From Asterias rubens (lineage: Eukaryota), in assembly GCF_902459465.1 (NCBI RefSeq), contig NC_047064.1, positions 22,568,001 to 22,632,000 of the forward strand: DNA of 64,000 nt, given 5' to 3'. Shown piece by piece: positions 1 to 12,600 of this stretch. Position numbers and translations under genes: made by a program. The notes under the pieces were generated by a model. That model was not told the DNA's origin, ran no database searches, and worked only from the letters and a program-made list of their open reading frames with translations. Numbering within the stretch: position 1 is the stretch's first letter; each line of letters begins with the position of its first letter.

Positions 1-838
1 GATCTGGTCCAACACATACAATTTTGACAGCTAGTCACCAGATTTGCCCCATTTTTACCACTTTCAAAAATCATGACACAAATTCTGAGGGTACGAACTT
101 AATCCGCAATGTCTAATGCAGCCTGCCATAATACTCAAAACACCATTTAGGAAATATTTCAAAGAAAAATGGACAAAAACTTACCAGATCGCGGAGCGAA
201 TTCCCAGGTTCATATTTTGAACCTGTCGCATCGCTTTGCAAACGCAATATTTTGTTGTTGGGCTAAACCATTCTGTAAAAGGGGTGTTACAATGTTGCAG
301 TGCGTAAGCGCGCTGTCCGTTTGCAATGCACACCGTTCACTCATAATGGCGCGCACGCACTGTAGCACTGTCGGGAGGAGGGTTACATTATCGCAACTAA
401 CGTTACACTTACGTTACAATTAGTTAGTACTTACTTACAGATGTAGGTAGATACAGTTTATACCTGTACACATACTTTAAATTAATACTAGTAGTACAGG
501 CAGTGGACAGGTGCAGGTGGAGGAAGGAACAAGCAAGTACAAAATATATACACAGTGAAAATGAAATGCACAATAATTTGATTGTGTGTGAACAGAATTA
601 TTTAACTTCGAACGGCGTATCAATCATCAGTGAGAGAAACTAGCGCAAGGAAGTCTACATCGATGCGATATGCACAAAACAACATTTTAAAACCAGAACC
701 CGCCACTCGCCGCTAGGTTGCCCATCGTCTTCCGTGGGGACCCGTCCGTCTAGTGAAAAAAAAACTAGATGATTTTAGACGTTTACTACGCCATCATAAA
801 AAAGCATCCCTTCACTGAAATCTAATACATCCACAAGG

Positions 839-960
839 ACTTACCTTTCTCAAGTCTAGCTGTAATCATCTCACTTTCATCAATGTATCAGAGTTGGCGA
901 AAATGGATGTATTTTGTGACGAATTCGACAGTCACAGTTTGTCACTGACAATCACGATTG
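839..960 (-). other. Possible 5' exon of a minus-strand gene continuing off the left edge
   Basis: Strong donor AAAG|GTAAGT (intron would start at 844) preceded by ATG ATT ACA GCT AGA CTT GAG AAA G; a second donor-like site near 437. No recognisable product. Confidence 0.25.
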
Positions 961-3658
961 CGCATATTTCCTGTAGACTGGACAACAATGATTTGACAAG
1001 AAGGAAAAGATGCACAAAATGCATTATGACTTTATATTAAGGGCAAATGGAAGAGAGGCGGGAACCATACTGCAAGTTTATCAACACTTGACCAAGTGAG
1101 GGCGCTATTCAACACTAGCGGTTGCGTTGATGATTTTTTTATGTGCCAAACCCTGCGCACTTTCACTAAACTTTACAACATTAATTTACAGGGGAACTGT
1201 CCACATTTATTTAGGAGTCTCAGAGTTTTCGTGACAAAACTGTAAATTATAGTTTGACTTTAAATCTGTCAAGTTCTTTTCGAATATTGGCAGGTCTTTT
1301 TTATACCCTAAAAAATGTACCACCCCTAAATACCAGACTGACTTGCATAAAGAACCACAGTTAATTATTGAGCCGAAATTGATCGAGTCTCGCCAACGTT
1401 AATTAGAACAACTGATTACAATTATTTAAGTGCATCATCACCCACAAAAGTATTAAAAAAGTGTTAATGGATAGCTTTCTGGTTACTTTTTGTCTACAGT
1501 TGTGCCATAATTGCCTTCTAGTTGATAACCATTTTTATGGCCATTCAATTAACATAGTAAACATTTCTTTTGTTAAGAAAACATGAACATAACACAATCA
1601 CAATTGTTGAAGAAAATCTTGTCACCAGAATAAGTTTCCTTCAGAAATGTCTGGGTGTGGGGGAAGGGGATGTTAAGGTGTAGATTAATGAGCCGCAGGG
1701 TTTAAAATTAGTAGTTCATGGATGATATTGATAACAAGAAAGATGTGTTAAATAAATGAATTACGTACAAACTCACATTTTTTGTAACAAGTTTCTTTAA
1801 ATGGTGATCTTTAATTAAGTTTGAATGACCTTGGTACCTATACATGATATAAGCTTAGGCAACAAGAATACAAAGACTAAAACCCATCCAACCGTAATTT
1901 TACAACTATTTATAACAGCAAAAACATTAACCCTCCTTCAGTTTGACCCTTCAATATCATCCACTATGGATTGTGAATAGATAATCTATGCTAGCCTGGA
2001 ATATTGAGTAGAGTATACATCTACACACCGCACAGTCAAATACTCCAACTCTCTGACCATTTAATTAATTAACTTTTGTTAGAAATGGTACTAGATCATT
2101 ATGCTAACCCATAATAACATGCCAATTATACCCACACAGTTCACATACCTTTGGGAATTTGGCGCTATGTAAATCCAGTTATTATATTATTATACCAGTA
2201 ATGCACAGTTTTCCACCATACACTGCTCAATTTCCACCATACACTGCTCAACCGCTTCTCAGTCGATGGTTCAAAATGGTGAGAAAACTGAAGAAGGAGG
2301 TTTTATCAATTGTAAATCTAAATAAATTATCTTCCTGCCGAATACATGTAATAGTTTATAAATATTCTAGGAAATAAACAAAATAACGGGGAAAGCACAT
2401 CACTTCTTTTTGAAGTATTGATTTAAACCAAATTAATATGCACCTTCTCTATGGGAAATACATATGTCATAAATCAGACTTTTTTCCAGGAACATCTTTT
2501 TTCCAATTACTGATATAAGAACATAAGGTATAATTGAAAACTGTGTAATCCTTTTGTAAAACAGTAAAGACAGAGTTGGAATTCAGAACAGAGCCAAACC
2601 TTAAAAGGTAGGCTATTTTTTCAGGTCTGCAACTTTCATGTAGTGTGAGTAAAAAAAAAACCTTTTAAACTTTGAAAACTTGTGTCTGGTTTAATATGTA
2701 CAAAATCTAGGTATTGACAAATATTGTTTTTCAAAATTGGACCACCTGGGCCCAATCTCATAGAGTTGCTAGTAAAGTAGCTATAAGCACACTAAAATAA
2801 TATGCTTAATATAGATACAAGCCACAATATACACAATGTCACATCAACTATGTTTGACTGGAATCCTGGTCTTTTTTTGCAAATTATTTGTACTGTGGAC
2901 ACCCTGCTGTACTATCTCACACGATGACCTTTATAAAATATCAGTTTTTAAATTTAACTAGCCATCTACACACATAATCTTAAGAATAACTTTCATAAAT
3001 GATACAATTGTTTACATCCCTAAATACATGTACTGATCTTTCACCTTATTAAACGATTCACAAACCACAGTTTACTTTGATCTGCATCTGAAAACTACTG
3101 ATGAAATCTGGAATACTTAAATCAGTGGAGTAACAGTGAAGATTGCTGTCCTAGATTGCACAGGCTTTGAAAACCATTACGCTATTACAAAGAGATGATA
3201 ATTAGTCATTGTTATTGTTAGTTATTTGTTTGTGTTTTGGAGTTGTTTGTGTTTTAGTCAATAACAAACACACCAGCATGAAATCAATATTATTTGCCAC
3301 ATCTCATTTTCATAGAGCACAAAAGCTAAGCAAAATAAAGGTATGCTAACCAGAACAAGGATACCATGCAGCCAAAATACAGCGTCAGGTGACTGGAATC
3401 CTACTCAATTCTGCTTAGCATATTCAGTTACTTAAGTAGCTCTATGAAAGTGGGCCCAGCTGCCACACACAAACAGTTTTAGACTCTAGCTAGTACTTCC
3501 CACAATGCCTATTCACTGATGCTTAAAAACATAAATACCCCCTAAATTTAGATTTACCACACATTGGGGGGGGGGGGGGGGGCGGCGAGGAGGCTGAGCT
3601 GAAACTGGGAGCTAGGTCTGTAGAGGAACAGTGGGTCCAGGTACTGTCTGAGTGGCTC

Positions 3659-6600
3659 TTAGTTATCTGGTTCGTATTGCCGTAGTCGGGATCTTAGGTC
3701 TTTCAGCTGATCGTTCTTCTTTGACAGCATGGACTTAAGATTCTTGTAGGCGCCGGTCTGGCTGAACTTCTTCTCTAATTCCTGAAAATAGAATCAAAAT
3801 AGTCACAAGATAATATTAAATTGGAAGTTTTTAAAGTGGTGAAGCATACTTGCTTAAATCCCTCCCACGTTATAATAACATTTGCCGCTCAATTTGACCA
3901 ACCATTCCAACTGCCCGGGTTGTGTTTGGTGAAGCGACTGTACACAAAACTATGTGCATGCTGTGTAGATGAATTCACAACATGATACGGTATTGCACGA
4001 TTGAAAAGTTTATCATTAAAAACCACAGTGGATGATTTCTAATTGTCAGACAGTCATGACAGTAGGAGGGTTGACTGTGTACTATGTATGTTCATTCTCC
4101 ACTTGAAATGATATTGCAAGCATGCACAGTTAATAAATTGTGTAAAGACCGCACCTGGACATCAATGAATGGTCCGGCAATATGAATAAGGTTACAGAAA
4201 ATTGGATTAAACTTTGTTGTTCATTTGCAACCTTGAGCAAGGGTCTCTGCAAAAGATATTTTTTATCAAATGGCTCGTTCAGAAAGAGATGTAACCAAAA
4301 TTAAAGCCTTGCTCTGGGAGAGTAATGGCTTTACCCTTTGTAACAGGGCCCCATTTCATACAGCTACTTTTATAAGCAGTTCATTTTGTGCTTGGCAAAA
4401 ATCAGCAGGATACCAGTCAGACATAGTGCATGGCACATGGTGTTTTGGCTGGTATCCTTATTCTGGTTAGCATAGTTTTTTTGGCTTAGCAACTTTATGT
4501 GCTTGAGCAGCTCTATGAAATTGCGCCCTGGTAACAATTTAACAAAACTTTATTATTTTGTGGGAGTGGATCGTTTCTTGCCTTTTCTGTCATCTCCAAT
4601 TGAGCCTTCATCTCCAAGAGTTTGTGTTTAGTTTGCGTCAAATCTCCTTCTAGACCGTCCGCTTTCTGTGAACTCAACTTGAGATTCTGTAAGAAGGGAT
4701 AAAACATTTAACACAAAAAGGCACTTCTATTTTATGCTAGGATTGTCATAATAGCAGAAAGCTGGCAACTTTTCAGTAAACCGATTCTTTTTTTAGAACA
4801 GATAATTGGAATATTATGTTTAATAATGATTATCATCAGAAACTGGGTTTGGACATCTAGGGAGAATGATAGACATCCTTTTTTGGCAGAAATGTCTTAT
4901 CTGATATACAGTATTTTTTAATCCCCTACATTTTTTGCATAGTAGGCCGCCAAACCTGTGTTATTTGTGGATTCGTGACAAAGAAGACAAGCTGTAGTGT
5001 TCTATTCTGGCAAGTGTGTTGACATTTGCTTCTTTCAAAGGTCTGGCTCATACAGTTCTAATTGGAATCTATAGAAATGGTTTTGCGCTCCAAAGGAAAG
5101 GACTCTTTCTGTTGTTGCAGCTTAATTGTGGAACAAGCTGCTGTGTTCTATCTACTGCAACCTTCAAGTGCCAACTCAAAACCTCACCTATTTAACAGCT
5201 TAGGATAAGTTTGTTTTGACGCATTTTCTTCATTTCTTTGTATTGAGTTCTGTTGTTGACAATAATATTTATTCGGACTATGAGGCGCTGTGTTCTTAGC
5301 AGAGTGCCATATAAATGCCTTGTATTGTTTTCATTAGAAACAGTTGAACAGTTAACCAGAAGTCACAAATTCAATTTAACCCTTTTGGAAAATAACTGTA
5401 GATGCACAGCCCTTATCACTATTCTCATTTTAGTTTGATCCATTCCCACTAAGGGTGAACCCAAATGAATAATCATATCCCCGGTGAAGATTCATTAAAT
5501 CATTAGCAGAACCTGCTGCTAATGTACAGGATTAGACCCTAGATCATCCTACAACTCTCTATAACAGCAGATGTCTTGGGTTCAAATCCCGCCCGAGTAG
5601 CAACTCTCCCTTTTCCTAAGATATTGCTGAGGCTGTTTTTACCTTCTCCATTTCTGATTTGACGGTGGACATCTGATGTTCCAGATCGCTGAGACCACTA
5701 GTGTTCTTCATTGGCTGCCTTGATTTCATATTACCCAATTCATCCTGAGTGTTGTGTAGATCAGCTTGTAGACGAGAACGATCTGCCAAGGCTGCTGTTG
5801 CCTACACACACAACAAAGGAATATGTATGTTTCTACATGTTATAAAGGAATATGTATGTTTCTACATGTTATAAAGGAATATGTATGTTTCTACATGTTA
5901 TAAAGGAATATGTATGTTTCTACATGTTATAAAGGAATATGTATGTTTATACATGTTATAAAGGAATATGTATGTTTCTACATGTTATAAAGGAATATGT
6001 ATGTTTATACATGTTATAAAGGAATATGTATGTTTATACATGTTATAAAGGAATATGTATGTTTCTACATGTTATAAAGGAATATGTATGTTTCTACATG
6101 TTATAAAGGAATATGTATGTTTCTACATGTTATAAAGGAATATGTATGTTTATACATGTTATAAAGGAATATGTATGTTTCTACATGTTATAAAGGAATA
6201 TGTATGTTTATACATGTTATAAAGGAATATGTATGTTTATACATGTTATAAAGGAATATGTATGTTTATTCATGTTATAAAGGAATATGTATGTTTATAC
6301 ATGTTATAAAGGAATATGTATGTTTCTACATGTTATAAATCTTTGTTTATACATGTTATAAAGGAATATGTATGTTTATACATGTTATAAATCTTTGTTT
6401 ATACATGTTATAAAGGAATATGTATGTTTATACATGTTATAAATCTTTCGAAAGCACTTTATCACTGGCAGCTTACCAAAACATTTAATATTTTGATTGA
6501 TGGGAAAGAGTTTTTTTTTTTTTTTTTTTATTGCTACAAACAAACGATGACAGTGAAACTCAGACACCCATCACTATTGAAACGTTTTCTCATTGAAATT

Positions 6601-9600
6601 TGCAGATTTTTTAAAAGCTCGTCTGTTTTGACATTTGTGTTTCTGAACCCAAATCAGACTTTTGGAAAGCCGTTATTGTAATGGCCAATCATCAAACCAT
6701 GATCAAATAAGCTTGAACAGCTAGACAACAACTTGAAAGAAAAATGCAGTATAATCCGCTTAACAAAATATTGACAAATAACAGATCTTCGAGCAAGGCA
6801 TTAAACACAACCGTTCCAATGGTTCATTGTTTCCAAGTCCTTTGTTTAAAAGATTAAATCAGAAACGAAAAGAAAAAATAGGCCTAGAAAAGATATTCTA
6901 TCAAGTAATCACACAAAACTAATATTTTACTAACGAGACATCTGCACTAGCAATTGCAAAGGTTATGGGTTCAAATCCCACTCGAGCTTGTGGGTCTTTT
7001 TCTTTGGACTCGGAAAGCACTGAGTGTAGAATGAATAAAAAACAAATCCGTTGTAAGGGCAAAACAAATTTTTATTTAAACAAGTCTCTTAAACACTACT
7101 CTGTCATTTTGCAAGCAAAGTTAATATAAATAGGGTCCTGTATTTTTCCACATCCAGGACATGCAAGAATTAGTTACATTCCCATCATGCACAACTGTTA
7201 TTTCCCAATTTTATACATCCACTCATTTCAAAAACATTCCAAGGTCAGGTCACGCACTGAACAGATTCTACTAAAGTCTTTACAAAACTCACAGTTCTGA
7301 CGTATTTTTGTTAGTCTGACTATTATGAGGTCTACTCATTGTTTAGTGACCTTTAACCTTGATACACGATGGTTGGAATTGGAGAAGCCTATACACAATC
7401 ACATATCGGTAGACTACCTCCATGGTATTATAGACATGATGGAGTAGAATCTAATGACCTTTGTGTATTAAGATTACCGGTACTCCAAGTATTTATAACT
7501 ACTAAGAACACTCAATAATTGTATTTGTAATTCTGAACTTCAAAGCATGTGTGAGCTGAACATGCTCAACAACAATATCCGTGTTAAAACATGAGCTTTA
7601 CGCGCACGCCCAGTGCGGGCTATGTGACGTCACTTAACAACCAAAATAAACTTGTGCAAGTCCTAACATCAATAATGTACTTTACAACCTTTTATCATGT
7701 ACTGACAACAAGACGTGGCTGCCATGGTTGTGCTTGTAGCACAAAGGCGCTCCATAAGTACAACAAACATATTGTTTATACAGGCGTGCCATACACAGGT
7801 CACATGGTCGATGGTCCTGTGGAAAGTTCTGGAATGAAGCAGGAGTAGTATATAATAATAGGCCTAGTTCGTTGTTCCGCATTCTGATAACACAGTGAAC
7901 CGGAAATACATAACAGCTGTTTCACTATGGTGTAAACTGTAATGTTCTTGACCTGAAATTGTTGTCTGTTTAAACTCTTTGGAAGATTTCTACCTCGGCG
8001 ATCTGAAGGACTCCAGTTATTGCTGGATGAGGTAAGTGCTCTAATACTATTAATAGCAGTGTTAATTGGTAATATTTGTTTTATATCATAGAGAAATGAC
8101 TTGCTCTATGGTTATAATTATGTCAAAAATATGCAAAGATCAGTCGGCATGTAGTTGTACATTTGCACTGCTCATTGGGGTCTACAGGGTACGTGAAACA
8201 AGCATTACTTCATGGTAATACCATGGAGCTACATGTAGATGGTACTCACATGGCGCGCGCCTAGTTTCGATCAGCTGAGGTTTCAAAATCAAGGCATAAC
8301 CACACAACTTGTGCAACTTAAAAGGGTGTTTTTCTTCCATTATTCTCTCGCAACTTCGGCCACCAATTAAGTTCAAGTTTTCACAGGTTTGTTATTTTAT
8401 GTGGAGTCATGGAGGTGTACAATGTATGTACACCAAGTGAGAAGGCTGGTCTTTGACAAAGACAAGGTGTCCAGTGCCTTGAAAGACCTTCTTTAATGAA
8501 AAACAGCAACAAGTGATATTCGCTCAAGTTTGTTGATAGAAAGTTTTCAATCAATAAGAAAACTGAGTTCACATGAGATTAAACAGATTTTAATTGTAAA
8601 CAAAGCAATCATTTTGAATACCCTTCCCATTGATCATAAATGCTGGCTAAAAATAGTCTGTTTGTCATTATTTTTGGGAGGGGCAACCAATTAAGTTAGC
8701 AGGGTGGCCAATTCTTAAACCTTGGGAGGGGTGGCTTGCCCTCCAACATTACATGTGTGGAGAACACTGCCTTCTCCAACGCTTTACTGAAAGATTCTCA
8801 ACGGCCTGTATGCCAGATTTGTAATAAATGATCAAGATTGTCCATACAACATGATGATGTTATCATGACGTCACTTCAAATTGAAGCAGATATTGTCCTT
8901 GACTTACAATAGACCAAGTTTCACCTCAATCAAACTTTTGGTTTGGCAGACAACAGCTTTGAAAAGTGCACCTTTAAAGCAAACCATGTGACACATGATG
9001 ACGTCATCAAGCTAAGAATCTACAGATATGTTGCTATTATGCTGAAATTATGTATACCAATTTTGAAACAATTATCATAAACTCTGACACAAGACATCCT
9101 AGTAAATGGGAATTTATAGATATTTTTAATCTGCCGCTAGAGGGCGCACTTATATTTGTTGACGTCATCAGCATTTTTGTTGTTAAACCAGATCTTTGCC
9201 AGACTTGTATTACATGATGGTAAAGTATCAAAAGGTGTACATTTCAACCTAAAATTATGCTTTTTCAAAGCACTTTACAATCACTTCCTGTTTAAACAGA
9301 TCAAAAGGTTTTCCATTTTTGTGAAGTACATAAAGCCCTTTCATGAGGTATAGATTGTCAAAACAGCTTATGTGGTTGAGGATATATTGAACTTATATGA
9401 AGAGATGACAAGAGGAAGCGAAGTATGAAGAAAAAGAGATAAAATAAAATAAAAAATAAGGTGTTCTGGGCTGTTGGCCCGAACGCCTACATGTAATAAA
9501 GAATTGTAATGAGCACATATCCACCCTGCTATTGATAATTATCATTGATAATAAATAAAAATTCATAAATACCTCAGACAGTTTTGCTATTCCGATTGGT

Positions 9601-12600
9601 GGAGGTGCATCACGTGGGGGTGTAAAAATCTTTGATGACCAGTGCTAATAACCAGCTGGCTTCCGCGTGTCGGGCGCGCAAGATTATCACGCGGAACGCA
9701 ATTCATAGCTAATATAGTAACAGAGCGTAATCTAAGTACGCGCGCGTACACACAACCTAGCACATCAAACAGATTCTTCGCAAAATGTTTGAAAAAAATA
9801 TTTCAAACCTCGACATGCTCGACTTTTCAATTGTTAAAGTGTCTATAATTGTATTTTGTTAACGTTTTTGAACAAAAGGGCATTGATGAATGGGAATAAA
9901 AGAGTAGTGATTCGTTTTTAAACGTCCGTTTAAAACCTTGCAGGGTCGTTGCCATGCGATAAAGGCCCTCGCCTTCGGCTTGGGCCTTTATCACATGGCC
10001 GCCGACCCTGCCGGCTTTAAACGCATGTTAAAGAACTCGTCACTACCCTTTTATTCCCTTATTCAAGTATACAATTACCAACATTACGTATGATGAACAT
10101 TACAAACAAGTTTAAATAGCAATCCTTAATTTTCAAACAAAAAATTGCTCAAAATCAACATAAATTATTTACATGGACTTAGGCCCAGAGCCATTGAGGC
10201 AAGTCATGTCATTGAGGCAAGTCAATGATGTGCAATGTTTATTTTGAGTCTGATAAATTTCTTTTATTTTTGTTGGCTATCAAAGTTCACTTACCTATAA
10301 CTTAAAATACAAATGAGATCAATCTTCTACTACAAGCACTATTTTCAAATAAAGCAGTTGAGCTCATTAGGTATGTTTCTTCTCCATTTGACTCTGGCAT
10401 TGTAAAAAAAAAATTGTAAAACTGTTGACCTAAAAGCCCTAAGCTAGATCAAGCATCCCCCAAAAAATATTTTTGGTCTAACATATTTGATATCTGCATT
10501 TGACAAAATTGAGATATTCCCTTAGCATTAAAAGTTACATGTAATACCATGCGTAGCCTTTTCTTTTTCCTTCCCAGATACTTGAAAGATTTAAAATATA
10601 TATATATATTTTTTTTTTCTACAGCAAAGGAGCAAACATTCCTAAGGATGGCCACTGGCAGCAAAGTGATGGAAAAGCTACCTAAGGGTCAAATGTCACA
10701 GCTCAAATGTCAAGCTTGTGATGAAGGGACACAGGCAATTGCAAAATGCATAAAGTGCGATCATTTTCTGTGTCAAGAATGTCAACGAGCCCATCAGCGT
10801 ATGGGCATCTTGAAATCTCACCAAATCCACACCTTGGGGTCTGATTACGAGGAGCAATCCCCCAAGACCTCAGACAAGATGTTCACCGACACCAAAAAGA
10901 AAATCTCCAAAAGTGCTAAAGCAGCTGCTGCAAGCGTCAAAGAGGAGGAGAGGAAACTAGCTGAAGAGGCAGAGCAACCTCATGAGGAAGCAAAGTGGAA
11001 ACTAAACAAATCTATAACGACCTTCCAGTTGATGGAAGAGAAAAAAACACTCCTCCATGCGTATGACGTCGCAGCCTTCTCCAACAACGATATCATCTTG
11101 GCAGATATTAAAAACAAAGTCTTGGTAGTAATCTCAGAAAGCAAGCCCCACCCGGAACAACTAGACATCAGAGGTCTCAAGAATCCTCAACGTATTGCAG
11201 TCAATAAAGATGACCAGTTAATTGTGATTGATCATCAAGAGGTAAAGATCTTCAACAGGCAATATGAATTACTTCGTCGGTTCGAACCAAAAAGGGGGAA
11301 GGTGTCATACAGCACGCTGACTTGTCTTGCAGTGGATGAAAATAATCATATAGCCGTTGGGTGCAGAAACAAGGCGAAGGGCCTGGAGGAGATATCTCTT
11401 TATGAACCAAATGGAGACTTAATAAGAAGGCTACTTGCTTCTGGGATAGGTAACTTTTTGATGATTCAAACACAGTTGTGCATCTACTGGAACGGTGACA
11501 AACTGCACACGATGGACTACAACGAAAAAACAGTGCGTTCAACGAATATCGGTCGATCCGGTAAAACCCCCTTTCACCCTACGGGTATGTGTTTTATTAA
11601 GGGTATCGGTTTGTACATTGCAACGCGACACTCTTCCCCTTCTGAACCAGGCGAGATTCATCAGCTTTATCCTGCTGATCAGCAAACAGAGTGTGTTATA
11701 CAAGACTGTCAACATCCACAAGGCATGACAGTCACGCCAGATGGTCAATTGGTTGTGGCGTGTGAAGATTCTCTCAAAATCTTTCACAGATGGCCGTCCA
11801 GTCTCAAGGATCTCTTTGTTCAGGAAGAAGTCCCAACAAATCAGGATCATGTTGACCCCAGGCCACAGGGAACTTTCCAGTGTTCATCCGACACTTCCAA
11901 CTGTGTCATTTGTAGTGTCCACATCAAACAATCAACCTTCTTCAAGAGCAACAAGAAAGATACCCAAATAGAGCATAAGACAATTGGTCATATCACCTGC
12001 ACCACCACTAATCTCGTCTATCTCATATCTTGCAAAAAATGTGGTTTACAATATGTAGGTCAAACAAAAAATACACTCAAGAAGCGTTTCTATAAACACA
12101 GATCCACAGTCAATGGCAAGAAGGACACAATAGGAGAACACTTCAGTCAGAGCGATCACTCTATTACTGACATGATTTTACAAGGCATTGAGGCACTAGG
12201 ATTAAGAGGAAACACTAGAAAGGTTCGCACGGAAGAGGAGACAAAGTGGAAAAAAAGGCTTAACACCATAACACCCTCTGGTCTGAACAAAAAGTTGAAG
12301 GACTAAAACATTGTCTTCACCTTCTCCTTTTAGTCTGCCTCGTTCATTATTTAACTACTTTTCTGTCCCTCTTCCCACCATTGATTTTGTTCTTTGTGTA
12401 TCCTATCTCCTGTGACCAAAAAAACCTCTTCCTAAGTAACAAAACTTTGCATCATGTGGATAAATAGGAAGAAACTAAAAAATAAATATTTATTAATACC
12501 GGGACAGTTTATCCAGTCTGATTGGTCCAGAGGCCATCACGTGGAGGCGTGTAAGACATCAGTAAGAAGGCGTGACAGAGGAGCTTATGTGTGGCGTTAT

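Noticed and set aside
10549-10647. First 33 codons of the 585-aa ORF (MRSLFFFLPRY...)
   Set aside because: Low-complexity T/AT-rich sequence ending in a classic acceptor (ttttctacag). It is more plausibly intron, so ATG 10648 was taken as the start.
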